NCBI GenBank assembly: GCA_965235115.1
Contig: OZ249444.1
Coordinates: forward strand, 18,848,001 to 18,912,000
DNA: 64,000 bases
From: Laetmonice hystrix
Lineage: Eukaryota
Direction: 5' to 3'
Shown here: piece by piece, positions 24,401-33,300 of the stretch
Layout of the letters: each line of letters starts with the position of its first letter
How positions within the stretch are numbered: position 1 is the first letter of the stretch
Made by a program: the position numbers and the translations under genes
The notes under the pieces: generated by a model
Told to the model about the DNA's origin: nothing
Databases searched by the model: none
Seen by the model: the letters and a program-made list of their open reading frames with translations, nothing else

Positions 24401-27305
24401 TGGTTATTGAGGGCCGTGATTCCCATGTCTGACCGGGAGGCGGTGACGGGTCGCGGCGCCCCGGCCGACCGCCGCCAACATGACTGACCCCGTCGTACAC
24501 ATCAGGCTCAGTCCCACCACCACAGTGGTCGTCACCGCTGCATGCTGATGTGGTATCGCTGTGGTTAGACCCCGCTGTTACCACTGTCACATACGATCCT
24601 AGCTCTACTTCACACACGTGATCAACAGTAAAATAAAGTAAACTTTCCTCCTTGTCAACTGCTGTTGGTAGCTGAGTGAACACACTTGCTGGACTACACT
24701 GGGCCAAAGTCTCACCGCGATTGTCCATGCCATTGCTTGTGAATGGGCATTCAGTGATGCAGGCCGGCTCCTTAAGTTGACTGCTCCATTCACACTCCTT
24801 ACTCACACCCCTTACTACAGCATCGTGGCCTTGAGTGACACTATCACTAAACGTATGTCCACAGATACCATCATCTATACTCGGCGCTTCACATCCATGC
24901 TTAAATCCACGCACATCTTGACAACCACCATTCCTAGTATCCACGGAGTTGTAGGGTCCCTGCGTGCAACAGTTTCCAGTGTTTAGCTCCTGTTGAGAGT
25001 TCCCTATGCAATGCCGTTTGTCCCAGCGCTCACGACTGTGATGTGTGGTGGTGTCTTGCCTCACTCCATGTGGCACGGTCGACTGACCCGCCGTCCACTC
25101 CCCCACTGCTACACGGCCTGCCGCCGCCTGGCCCCCACTGCCCGCGTGGTAGTGTTGGTGGTAGCTCCGTGCCTGTGACGACAGTGAGGATGATGACAGT
25201 TGTGGGCCGCTGAGAGTGCTGTCACCACCAGCGCTGTCATGGATGTGAAGGTCGAGACCGGCGAGGTGTGCTCCAGCAGAACTTTCTTGGCTGAGTGCAC
25301 ACGGAGCAGCAGCCAGTAGATCACTTGAAGGCACAGACGGGTAGTGACAGTTGGAAAACTTCCCATCCTGTTTCAGAGCCTGTGGCGAAAATGAATGATG
25401 AGGCAAGGCTGGGGGATTTGGATCAGGCCTGTTTTCACCACTAACATGAAACTGTCTTAGATCATCAAAGTGTTCACAAGGCTCAGCACATTTACATTGA
25501 GGTTTCGTCACGGAAGCACCATCATGACATGCAGAACTGTTACCACGGGCGTTATGCTGAACTAAACTTGTTGGGGTTCTGATGCTCACGTAATCACCAC
25601 TAGAATCTGACACCACTGTAGCTATACTTGGTAATCCGGTGGGCTTGAGCTGTTCCCCATCTTTTACCTCAACTCTCCCGGTATTAACGTCACTTATGTC
25701 TGCATCACATACAGCATCAGCACAAATGGCCGGGATGTTTAAAACATGTATTGTAGAGTTATCCGAGTTCACCGCCCTCTCCCCCTGCCCATCACCACAT
25801 ACACTGCTGACAGAGAGATTATCGGCCACTCCACAAGTGTCCTCACATCCAGGGGGTTGCTGCTGCCCATCACTCGTGGCTGCAGCCACCACCACACTGT
25901 CACAGTTCACAGGGCACTCCGATGTCACGTCCAAGCGGGCATTCTCAGCATGCCTAACCTGAGCCCCGGTTGGCTCATCAATGTTGTCCCTTGGTAGCGC
26001 ACCACCCAAGTCATCTGCAGCTGGCTGTACGTTGCAGCCAGCTCCACGAATAGAGAAGTTCTGTTGAGAGTCAAGTATGCTCTGCCTCACTGGAATGAAG
26101 CCAAAGGCACCAGTACTTAGGCCGCCATTTCCAGCATTTTTAACATTGTTATTCCTGGTATTTTTACTACTATGCTCATTGGAAGCACTTTGTGTTTTGA
26201 CTACGTCAGTCGTTGCCGTGTCAGCGCTCACTTCAATGTCTGTAGTGGAGGTGCCCTGGACACTTAGTTCAGCATCACGGCTCAAGTGCCCATCCTCCGG
26301 GTCTTCAGGCAAGGATAATACATGCTTAGCATCCTTAACATTTGGGGCTTTACCAACATCCCTTTCCACTTCACGTGTCCTATTTTTTGCTGACACATAA
26401 TTAACACTTTTTACACATGGTTTGGGGATTCCTCCATACCTCATGTTGGCAGTCGGAAGACAACTTACTTTGGTCACTTCCTTAGTAGTTTCAATTGATC
26501 TCTTATTATGTTCACACACATCCTTTGTTTTCTCTTTGCTGGGTTGGTCGTTTTCTGTGCCACAGCTGGGAATACTGTTCGGCTCTTGAGCCTTCCTGAG
26601 TGACCTTGGACTCAAAAAGAAAGTTTTTCTTTGCAGTTTTGAATTCGGCTTTGAATTAACCGTAGGCACTTTCGAAGTAGACTTGACTGCACTAGCTTTT
26701 GGAGACGTACCTGAAATATTGCTTGTACACACAGTGGGTGGGCAGGTTTGCGACAAAGTCTGTTCACCACCTTGATTAACACCGCCTGCATTTACACTAA
26801 CACTCTGAACACCTGATATACACTTTGCACTTTTCTTTGAATCAGATGTTTGCTTTCCATCTGTTTTAAACCCAGGTAAAAGTAGACTCCTAAACGGCTG
26901 TTTATGACATTTGGCTCCTGAGGAAGGGGCGGCTGTTTTTGTTTTTGAAGCTGCACTTGGGACTGCTACACCTTTAGATAATTTGTGTTCTTTCTTCACA
27001 CCTGAGTCACATTTCCCCTGATCAGATTTTTTTGTGCATGATTTAGGGGTACCTTTCTTTTCCCTACCTGAGCTAGTATGGGTGCCGGTGCCACCACCAA
27101 AGAGTTTTGCTTGCAACTCACGCACAATTCCGCCCCCACCTTTATCCGGGGGTGGGGGCAACTGTACTGGGGGTCCTGGGACCTCTTCGGGAACCGTTGT
27201 GTGTTTAACATTAGACTTATTGTCCTTCCTGTCCGTTTTCCGCCTTTTCATAAAGACATGCCGGCCAAATAACGGCAAGCGCGACTTTTTGGGTTCCTTT
27301 TCCAT
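15423..27305 (-). CDS. Giant 3960-aa low-complexity, probably intrinsically disordered scaffold-like protein; single uninterrupted ORF or giant exon
   Basis: 11,883-nt stop-free frame, far beyond chance, and more GC-rich than its flanks. The ATG is in a strong Kozak context (aacATGG) with an in-frame stop 5 codons upstream. S/P/T/K/R/E-rich with no recognisable globular domain. A possible donor AAG|GTATGC lies at 15435/15434, just before the stop. Confidence 0.9.
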   Translation of the reverse strand: MEKEPKKSRLPLFGRHVFMKRRKTDRKDNKSNVKHTTVPEEVPGPPVQLPPPPDKGGGGIVRELQAKLFGGGTGTHTSSGREKKGTPKSCTKKSDQGKCDSGVKKEHKLSKGVAVPSAASKTKTAAPSSGAKCHKQPFRSLLLPGFKTDGKQTSDSKKSAKCISGVQSVSVNAGGVNQGGEQTLSQTCPPTVCTSNISGTSPKASAVKSTSKVPTVNSKPNSKLQRKTFFLSPRSLRKAQEPNSIPSCGTENDQPSKEKTKDVCEHNKRSIETTKEVTKVSCLPTANMRYGGIPKPCVKSVNYVSAKNRTREVERDVGKAPNVKDAKHVLSLPEDPEDGHLSRDAELSVQGTSTTDIEVSADTATTDVVKTQSASNEHSSKNTRNNNVKNAGNGGLSTGAFGFIPVRQSILDSQQNFSIRGAGCNVQPAADDLGGALPRDNIDEPTGAQVRHAENARLDVTSECPVNCDSVVVAAATSDGQQQPPGCEDTCGVADNLSVSSVCGDGQGERAVNSDNSTIHVLNIPAICADAVCDADISDVNTGRVEVKDGEQLKPTGLPSIATVVSDSSGDYVSIRTPTSLVQHNARGNSSACHDGASVTKPQCKCAEPCEHFDDLRQFHVSGENRPDPNPPALPHHSFSPQALKQDGKFSNCHYPSVPSSDLLAAAPCALSQESSAGAHLAGLDLHIHDSAGGDSTLSGPQLSSSSLSSQARSYHQHYHAGSGGQAAAGRVAVGEWTAGQSTVPHGVRQDTTTHHSRERWDKRHCIGNSQQELNTGNCCTQGPYNSVDTRNGGCQDVRGFKHGCEAPSIDDGICGHTFSDSVTQGHDAVVRGVSKECEWSSQLKEPACITECPFTSNGMDNRGETLAQCSPASVFTQLPTAVDKEESLLYFTVDHVCEVELGSYVTVVTAGSNHSDTTSACSGDDHCGGGTEPDVYDGVSHVGGGRPGRRDPSPPPGQTWESRPSITMAEEGSTSSVDNNTHGKVTSSVATCTDHSSLLRAKVTEVDDNRTVLISGRTPAGPRKCSDKCDGQLSRPLCSQACDGSMKSPHSRASLIQFPDSAAPADISMSLGTAGKGRGSEGVKNDCVNLSHPPAGSVNTIVATVTSPCDIKPVMSHPHGISGHLKGEMLGKGDSQNDTGRRLRQPPGMLTTDTNHRIYDDVAVDGDESDEAEDVFNADIDARDDINESMTSSLPEFLLASQLEMCPRKGPPRSKSNDGEAGLSQGTLRLMNLKSVSSDERLYLRQGSALPVSGIQMKATNSSKHVRKVSASPVLQTVPSDEQKLVTASPVMSYRRTSASPVMTRSVSPLSPLSALPGLKWPLYSSPSCGIRMAELRAGFKRHTGPGCQTPSPSPSASPSPDGQFILSLPQSYSNTSLDAFEMRDQQQKRFSTASGSSQDSIQLELAAERRHSQPIMAHYVERRQTPTSAVVSPVMSSASNTSRSLTDVSPIYDLPPAEAETDSRRWTPVSPDSHIYETIDEVLTPDMYCSTDNKLYRRGVSWDGPVSDRLNQDQISTQDCSSSASSSSSLQRVGIANTNANKVRQQGRLWNPVSQTFSERDHTHGPDLYSSEELRYNGDSVDHVSSAGGKTEKFKGADHIYSELPIPDSRSAQQVKDLNGALTDVLGCETTSTNCSLSTNGDAVCLGATKRSIARPQGITGLYSRPVQPSRALSPLQKTGFASGDMHSSEPQLVICSQKQTSATNTELLTDSNCVSNLHCGSEGVLYQQQVFQGMDVQGEDMETADTLSEAGSEARDQLGQLPNTITKCDAAVQTPKSSLMRAAAEAKRNQRLRLMMMKNAGQSRRSPQRQLGPAPPQRQPDPSRLDGSGHGLRPRPHLLYRRPRVEDTMGASTCDEYEDYLKINTVQIPNAKSVVSGNNRVPDNRDPRVVGITAGDKQETVDTVPRDLSKEACGPGDPSVRGTGDTPEGSTQRQTGGEDRDTIMNTGVPHNDVNDDVALPADCQPHRNDQQCSVLNKQLSKIEVKKVTVKAKAVNTESEFSGSCDDSAGENDVEDDMTGKGTYVSLRTVSKKQSPHLKRQAHASPVLSHQRKMTSVKSARTKSTANRYLSLSLSSLSNSNSDLISSSSSEQDLNEKSHSSSRQRPVTSKLLRKGGKKHAGVVDERSSASRPEGKLKKHSGLMRGSAGVAGGYTGVTGGKRIIPSGRTTAAAGGLPPPLGNVASPSQSPSLPRKRDHAPSFLPSSTVTTKPKSRSRNAIKHPHRFAEGSVGPLTLSESDSSDTEVVSQRVRVRCDKKDKSAVGITQLAVVDINRHTDDIEDTDFIEATSAEVPHPGTHTKTDRYQTGTSHISQEKTSVIPRQCLNYSSVKKVKESCSATGSDGDLNSTGSTTPGITTCVAVPHRALPPTPPHPRSPSQSPYLPRRTLPQITEHSVRSQAETRIQNQPTEHVQGRVAGSAVPSRIVPPSPVSPRRSLPQPSRSQPASHPQSPHPSPASVRRGIPQSPGSPRRQLTTFKPAQSPNTVVPAPDVVPVSSEASSGPQARQSTSQSASVSKTAQSPLSSPSHAPSRLRYPDRSQQGQSKIGTPTSSRGATPERESALRSPANSQPSSPRRGVPKPKMNTNSDRDHQKPVPPPRGQSKLSSAASFATLTGAIKKLGSSARLNQGNKNVEVPAGPARRLPSERSSSGISAPKEQTSSGLEKSSSRNDRKPNGQKPASNITQPRILQRSLLPSSSKTDLTRASKSDLSRISEQRSTQSQSSAAGKGATKAYSSKRTGPQTENSQQSAEGSLKQSIPKPGLKQPSGLQKPRSTQGHANQNDLRSAQSTCPDVGHVRNNIRTNLKHSRTDIRSSKTDIRSSRSDLRSRTDVKSSRTVTSEANSTQVNNNCMKGTGRTVKDASVKADLKASNLSSSSVDLRAESVAVKVAERTAQSRIQVPIRRIASPGSSSSGIKRPTKPTLQSVKAKYEAIEMAASETSNTTAKTTERKSVKQPKEAQNKTLPVRSIPTKTSTTEDDYGKSKEPSSGASLSDLPNKLRKPYAGYNTYRSKLTYLRKPSQESSAKTDTAGSPPQPDVSKSDEDVSTKDTDPYTTCYDNDTVLVIECAPQQKPKIMQMSQQEAARKSTKSEEPACQPAAERRESEDALSAATEESESKGCGRSSRPASADLSEMSESFRQESMSNSAFDSGINSESSEESTHNFTMEDKKDVEAEKRDSRQSFLSSETDSSTTTEAPNRDSITPVASPTDDDGTTIGSSSENLQEETIDLLEENTEYECNMLRTDSEDTLTASELEAETEGHSKEREQCSPEDDVLRSAKYVDLEGGFHGLAIEDTTKKDKGLDCSLFMSNQILGTSISNTTVNKSKTLGASPKCVKNSSRMSSSAGQDSKVEGLKKAKSEETIKMEEYLNNLEDAELECFTSTSTITPDIMLSDDNLDLDGSDSHSAGPSQPESGSSITEKKDSQQIDSSLHVDVRHHGREPFSNPRIDSNSRSLLTPTCSEPSLRHEKVPEGDARKAQVSKGDKGQCDLGQVSSQAVESSKAEESILRRDSSQEGNFKTPPQSPGRCKSFLKRPQSLTGGQSNRKRCLASKMESPPTSGENESPIYVNGKPMFFVTSDAYEYYCDDMLEGIESRIIKDSSSDSMEEEPEHGDKDFLGKGLGCNPSGLSFGKNSKRLSASKPSRCSSSPDLERKSDPERRYSQNLSTSFLLDTSGLKRTTATSDLCLQGSEEEKEDKMFVKETAVSDSSIHTCTVDEESGQTDMEASAKCKRCEKEKRNGCSQIKIPTDLGSTSQQKVEPLNLATEQPSKGRDASSVENKHLPNHSESELEKSKSQRDKTSELNSPQVDVGKERQSNSTIVRKENCNTNNNVDTANKPQSALPVFRSRLPRVNKDSSGDTRAPQPNLNSLGTKDDKPKDTLATVKQHSAVILDNTIPRATTSRSRLVGVPIKSVGEGPRDATVSVVVDTMPHTQLRDTPKSPRIDEGYGTLQSTKVCT
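18789..18881 (-). repeat. Coding ~21-bp repeat within the giant ORF (SRTDIRS-SKTDIRS-SRSDLR-SRTDVKS-SRTV)
   Basis: Direct translation; units start TCA-AGA/AAA-ACN/AGT-GAT. Confidence 0.85.
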
Positions 27306-30300
27306 GTTTATAGAATACTGTATTCAGTACTTAACCAGTTTTGTATGTTCACTCAGCACATAAAACACATGTCGTGTAATAAGTTCACATAGACCACACT
27401 GGACATCAGCATTTTGCACACAGCTCGCCACTTAAGATATTTCTAATGTGAAATATTTCTAATGTGAAATCCTTAATGTGACAATACCAATATGAGCAGT
27501 ATATATGTACCGGATCAGCATACCATCAGGTTACCTTGTTCAGTTAGCTCCTAATTCAAGTGTTTCACCACATGAAACTATCCTCTCAGTAACTTCCTCC
27601 TTTGAAAAAATACATCCTCACCAGCCACACCAAAGTTGCATTAATATGCAGTTAAGCATGCTACCATATCCAAGATGGGCGACTTTAGGAAAGCACCTCA
27701 TGAACCATGGATATCAGTATGGATGAACTCGTAGGGATTCATACGTGACCCCTAAGCTCTTGAACCAACATTTGCCGATGTGAAACTGGATTCCAGTAGC
27801 TCTGCTTACAAAGAATTCACGATGGTTTATATCCGAACACGTATGAATGATCGCTCAGTGAAGTGGGTCACACCCATCCTAAGCTGCAAGTTCGCGTATG
27901 TAATACTGGCCTCACCGTTCTCACCGCTGTACAACACTATCTATACCATATCATCTAGACCCTTTCAAAACTAGCTTGTCTGAACTTGATGTACCATCCT
28001 CACAAACATACGTGATAGCATGGTCAAAGGCGGAGCAGTCCCTTTTTACCACAAGGATTTCTGTATTAATCAACCAGTCAAGTTCCATTCCACTTAATGC
28101 AATACCTTGATCCATCCGTCCCTCAACAAGCAGAGATAACGGGCTAGCTGTAAGGTTTCCATGTAGGTTTAGCAGTAAGTTTCCCCGGACCATCAGCAGC
28201 AGACCGCACGTGTACAAGTCACGTGTATTACATGAGGTCCTGATCAAAGGAATACCATAGTCGAGTCACAGCAGATGTTTACACGGGCATCTCTAGGCAA
28301 TGGTTAAAAAAACACTGTAAAATAACCACTATGATTTGGCTGAGCACTGTCGGATCTGTAGCCTGTGTACTGCAATGTTTAACCCCTTGTTCCTCTGTAG
28401 ACTGGAGACGGGGCTGGAGACAGATTACCGCTCTTACATCGCGATCATTACACTTTGTGTTCAACGCAAGGAAACTTTTGTTACAGTAGATTCAACAGAA
28501 CATTCTTCGAAAGATGCACTGACCCTGCACTTAAGTGACTTTCCGCTTGTTGTCGCGGGAGGCTGAGATGATTTAAGGCCCCCTTTAAGTCGTAACGTCT
28601 CAAGGACTACGTCATAAACACCTGTAGATGGCAACTCCTACGGATGACCTTCTTGTTGACAACCGGTTCCTTTTTTCTCCAGCGGGCACGTACCCTATAG
28701 ATCACCAATGGAAACCAAACAAACCAAAAGTTGTAAGGGTGACACTCTGTGGGGCTTCACCACCTGGCGCTTGTCAAGTGCACAATTCCCGCTGTTACCT
28801 CGTACAGTCACCCCCGAATTGCTCCAGTTGCTGGCAGGGTATCATATTGTAGGTTAAGCAGTCCCCTTTTGTGTGGCCCGGTCACAATATTGTCAACTTC
28901 AGAGTTATAAAGATCCCGAGTGTTTGAAGTTGGCGCCGCCGTTTGACTGTAGGGTTTGTGACCTCCAGTTGGAACTCGTCGATATTCACTGGAGAGGTTT
29001 ATGTGTCCTAACGAGTATTCCTGAGTCTATCCAACCAGTTTACTGCTTTCGTTAGCTTCTTTCCACTTTATGGTCCTCTTGAATGAAGGCACACTTGTCA
29101 CTCAGAAATGCGAAATTGCGACGATATTCACACATTTCCAGCGGATTTAAAGTTGCTCTTATTTATAGGTTAAGTATTAACGGATGTATCCTTACGTGCA
29201 GTCCTTGTGCTAATGCTATCCTCAATGTTGTCTGACCTTGTAAGGTTTTGCGATGGTCCTCTGTCGGCTGTTAACGCTGGAAGACCGATGATAAGTAAAT
29301 GATAAATGACCCTCTTTGCTAGCGATGTGATAAAAGTATAGAACTCTACCACTGTATCCTAGCAGGCCTGTGCGGGTCCACACCAGCGAATTGATTGGGT
29401 CGTGTATAATGTGGTCAATTAATATGGTCGCATGAAAATGAGGACTGAGAATATGTTGTTGGTGGACGTGCTGACACTGACTTCCATCCTTTTGAAAACA
29501 GATGATACTGGCCAAAGTCACAAGCTCAGTCTGCAGTCATTTCGAGAACACGCTCCACTTCCAAGCACACGTCCAGTGAAAGGTTGATGACTTGATGTTG
29601 TAAATGTAACTGCAATCCTGCGCACCTGTCTCACCAAATAGAGGGGATACTGGAGTTAGAGTCCTACCATTACAGTTCATGCATGACAGGGTGCAAACAG
29701 AAGGCCTATGTCCATTCAGCTCCTGTTAAATTTGAATTCCTCTTTGGTATTCACCTCCACAGCTGTGCTCTTGACTTACATCTCAGGATTCAGTAGGTAC
29801 ATATAAATATCATATACACACATGCCTTGCTGGTTGATGATGTGACTTCTGCTGCCATGCACACTTACGTCCTTCAGCCTCAGTTGGCTCTCCACGGCTA
29901 CTATATGCTGGCTGTTTGTATGTGACTCATGTAAGGAGCTTTCAGCCTGAATACCTTCTCACCTAAGGACAAGCGCTTGATACAGCCCTGATATTTGAAC
30001 TAGTTGGCTTGATCTCCCTCTGAACCCAGCACTGCTGGGTGGCCGAAGCGCAAAAGCAACACTTCCTTTAAACTCTTTGCTAGGTGTGCACTTTTTAACC
30101 GGAGCTCCCTTCCGGTTTCCATAAATTTGACATTTTTAGGGATGAATAACCATATCAGTCTGGATCCCCACGCTTCGCTCTGATATCGCTTGTCAGATTG
30201 GGACGAATAAAAAATGGCTCCTCACCGGATGAGGCGGGTAGATGAGTGTGGGAAAACGCTGCCGCTGGAGAATCATATTTATGTAAGACTCTCACTGTAA

Positions 30301-33300
30301 ATCCAAGAAAAGTATGCAAAATGAAATGTAATACCTCTTGTCCCCAGCTGTCTTATGTCCTAGTTGTTGTGGTGTACTATTTATAATCATTCACAGATCT
30401 GTACCTCGGCAGGAGGCTGAGCTATCTGCGGCGTAGTCTCCACAGAGAGTTGCGCTGTAGTTGATGCTATCTGTCCATCTCTTGATCATCAATCTGAACG
30501 GTCACCTTCATCTTGCCAGCTCCTCACAGTTCACGCTCTCCCTACCACTGGCACCAGCAACTCCTTTTTCCTACACGGGAACCGTACCTGTCAGTATTCC
30601 TCGCAGCTATCTGCAAATCCAGGCTGGAAAACCTACAGGTGCAACGTTTGTACCGTATTCACATTTCTGTGAAGTCCTTCACTCAGGGGATCAAATTGCA
30701 ACGTAGGCAAAGAATCCCATGCAATTCCATCCACCTTCAGACATTATATTGCTACTGAAGCAAGAAGGCTAGCATCTCTTGAAGCGTTATCTGTTCAGAT
30801 GCAGCCACGGAGTCTGAGCAAGCGCCCAGTGTCCTGTCCTGGGCGCAGGGAAACTTTCAGCACCCTGCACCCCTCACCGACTCGCTTTGCCCCTCTTGTC
30901 AACAGAGTCTGTATACTAAAGATATGATCACTGCATATCAACTTGCCCGGCTAAAACTGGTGCCCGTCCTCCCCGGGCCTTGTGTCAGCTCGCCGCTCCA
31001 TCAACAAATCACTTTTTTGGCTGGTAAGTTGCCGCAACCTGTTCCAGGCTCTAACAAAACACATCCATCCTCACCGCACTGCGACTCAATGTTTATGAAA
31101 AAATATCCTCTCTGTCAAAATTTACACTTGGTTTCCTATTTCACACGTGGTGGAAGAACTGCTAGCGGTTTCAGTATTAAACTCCAGGTAAGGGCTAAGT
31201 CCGTGCCGCAGTATTCAAGCTTTGGTCAGAGTGAAGGCCTGCTACATGTCAACTGTGTCAATATTGAGACATGTGTCTGTATACATGTGTCATGCTTGTA
31301 TATACTTGCAAGGTATAGGCTGGCCACGCACATAACGCTGTCTCCATCTCTACTCTACTGACACTAAGTCTCTGCCAGGTGTATACAGGTACGCCTATGA
31401 CCTTTCCTGACCTCTATACACACCTCCACGTGCTTCTCACGCCTCTGGTGCCAGTAAAGCTGCACTTCCCTCCGTCGGAATCTCCAGCAGTCTGTCAGTC
31501 AATCAATCAAGTGTTGCCACCAAATCTGACATTTATGATACCTTGCTCGCGTAGCGTTACGAATCCTTGCCAAGTCTGCTGCACCCTAATAGCAACCCTT
31601 TACTCGACACCTGTCCCGACTTCCATCAATGATCCAATCAGGATTCTGTCAGATGTGAGCATTCTTGATCCCTCGGTCAGCGGGTGGTTACAGGTTCAGA
31701 TAATCCGGCTACACAAGCTCGACTCCAATGCCCCCTCATCCATATCATGCTAATTAACACATGTCACTGTCAGGTGCGCCATCACGTGAGGCACTATGAG
31801 TAGCATCGATCATGGGTTCTCCTTCTCCAAGATCACACAAACATATAGGAAGCTACCAACGTGTCAAGAAGTACGACAGATTTTTCTGTCATTGAATTCT
31901 TCTATTCCTGGATTAAAGTACAGGTATATCGCGGCAGTATCAGGAAAAATATTCCGTCAAAGTGAGTATATAAGTACCTTTTTCTTCAACTGTACTATCC
32001 TGTATTAAACTGTCGCTCTCTATATCCTCCTCGCCGTAGCTATTATCCAGGGCTTACAGAAGCCAACATAGTATGCACAGTTAACTTCAAAGCTCGCAGA
32101 CGATACTGCACTATAAACTCCTTTTTTACATACCACACTTAGGTAGAGAAAGATCCTGATGTTGTTTAACAGCTGCGGCGTGCGTGTGTAGAGATTCCCC
32201 TGCTACACATCCGCGTGTATTCACTCCTGTTCCTCGCTCCTCTTGCGAGTATAAATACAGGTCTGTGTGAGGGTACCTGGGGCAGGGGTCTGTATCCACC
32301 CAGTGCCGCCTTCACTGCTCCGTACCGATGACAGTGGACGTTTCACGTAGTACCCCATCATTGTCTTCTTCACACCCCACCTTACTAATCCCAACCTCTG
32401 TAATCCCACCACGCATGGCAACATGGCCCAGTGTTTCAGATGGCTGATGATGTGTGGTAGCCTTTTTTTCTCAATGCAGTTACACAATTGTCACAATTCC
32501 TTGAACTTTGACTGCCTACGTTAATCCATTTTGTATGACTACCACATCTAAATGTCACTTGAGGTCACACTCTGTAAAAGGGCTGAAGGTCTATGTCCAC
32601 CATTCTTCCATGCTGTTTAACTGTTCTATTCTGACACGATTCCTTGCATAAAAAGTCAAGTTACTCTAGTTCCTTGTTAATTCTTCAGAGCGTCTGCGTA
32701 CCAGAGACGGCCTGCTGTTAGAATTTATCATGTCTGAATTACATCTACTCTGCCTGTATTACTGTGCGTGCTTGTATGTATGATGTATGATTATATTGGC
32801 GTATTCAAGAGAGCTCCATATCCTTGACACTGCGATAAAGTCACGTCCTGTTTTATGCACAATGGAAATTGGCATTTGATGAAGTCTTCGCATATATGCA
32901 ATCTCCACTTGGTCAGATTCCCTGATATGTTGGACGACAAAACACAGCACTTTGCATGGATCAAATCCTCATTTTTGTTGTTCCAGGATCTGTTTGCGAA
33001 GTTTACCAAAGAGCAAAGTGTATGACAGAGGTAAGTCTCTGCCTAAGTGTACATAGCTTCTCAGGTTACTCTGGACAGATTATACATTCATGAAAGAACT
33101 CCAAAATCGTGAAGACTGCAGTCACCTACATCTGAGGTCAGAAAACACATAAAAGGTACACATGAAAGTTTCATCTCTGTCAGAAAGTGTTTTTGCTGCC
33201 AATGAGAATTAAAGAAATGGGACTTCTTTTGAGTTTTCTGATGAAGTTATTGTAGATTATTTGACCCAGTCAGCCCAGGTTCTTTGGCTGCCAAACACTC

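Noticed and set aside
15423-27305. Giant ORF as a giant ankyrin exon, mucin/adhesin, or transposon/viral polyprotein
   Set aside because: No ZU5/UPA or death-domain exons were recognised nearby. There is no signal peptide or regular PTS tandem repeat, and no RT, integrase, protease or transposase motifs.
15427-27363. Dozens of 60-160 aa ORFs overlapping the giant ORF on the opposite strand or in other frames
   Set aside because: Expected shadow ORFs of a long coding sequence; none has recognisable motifs.
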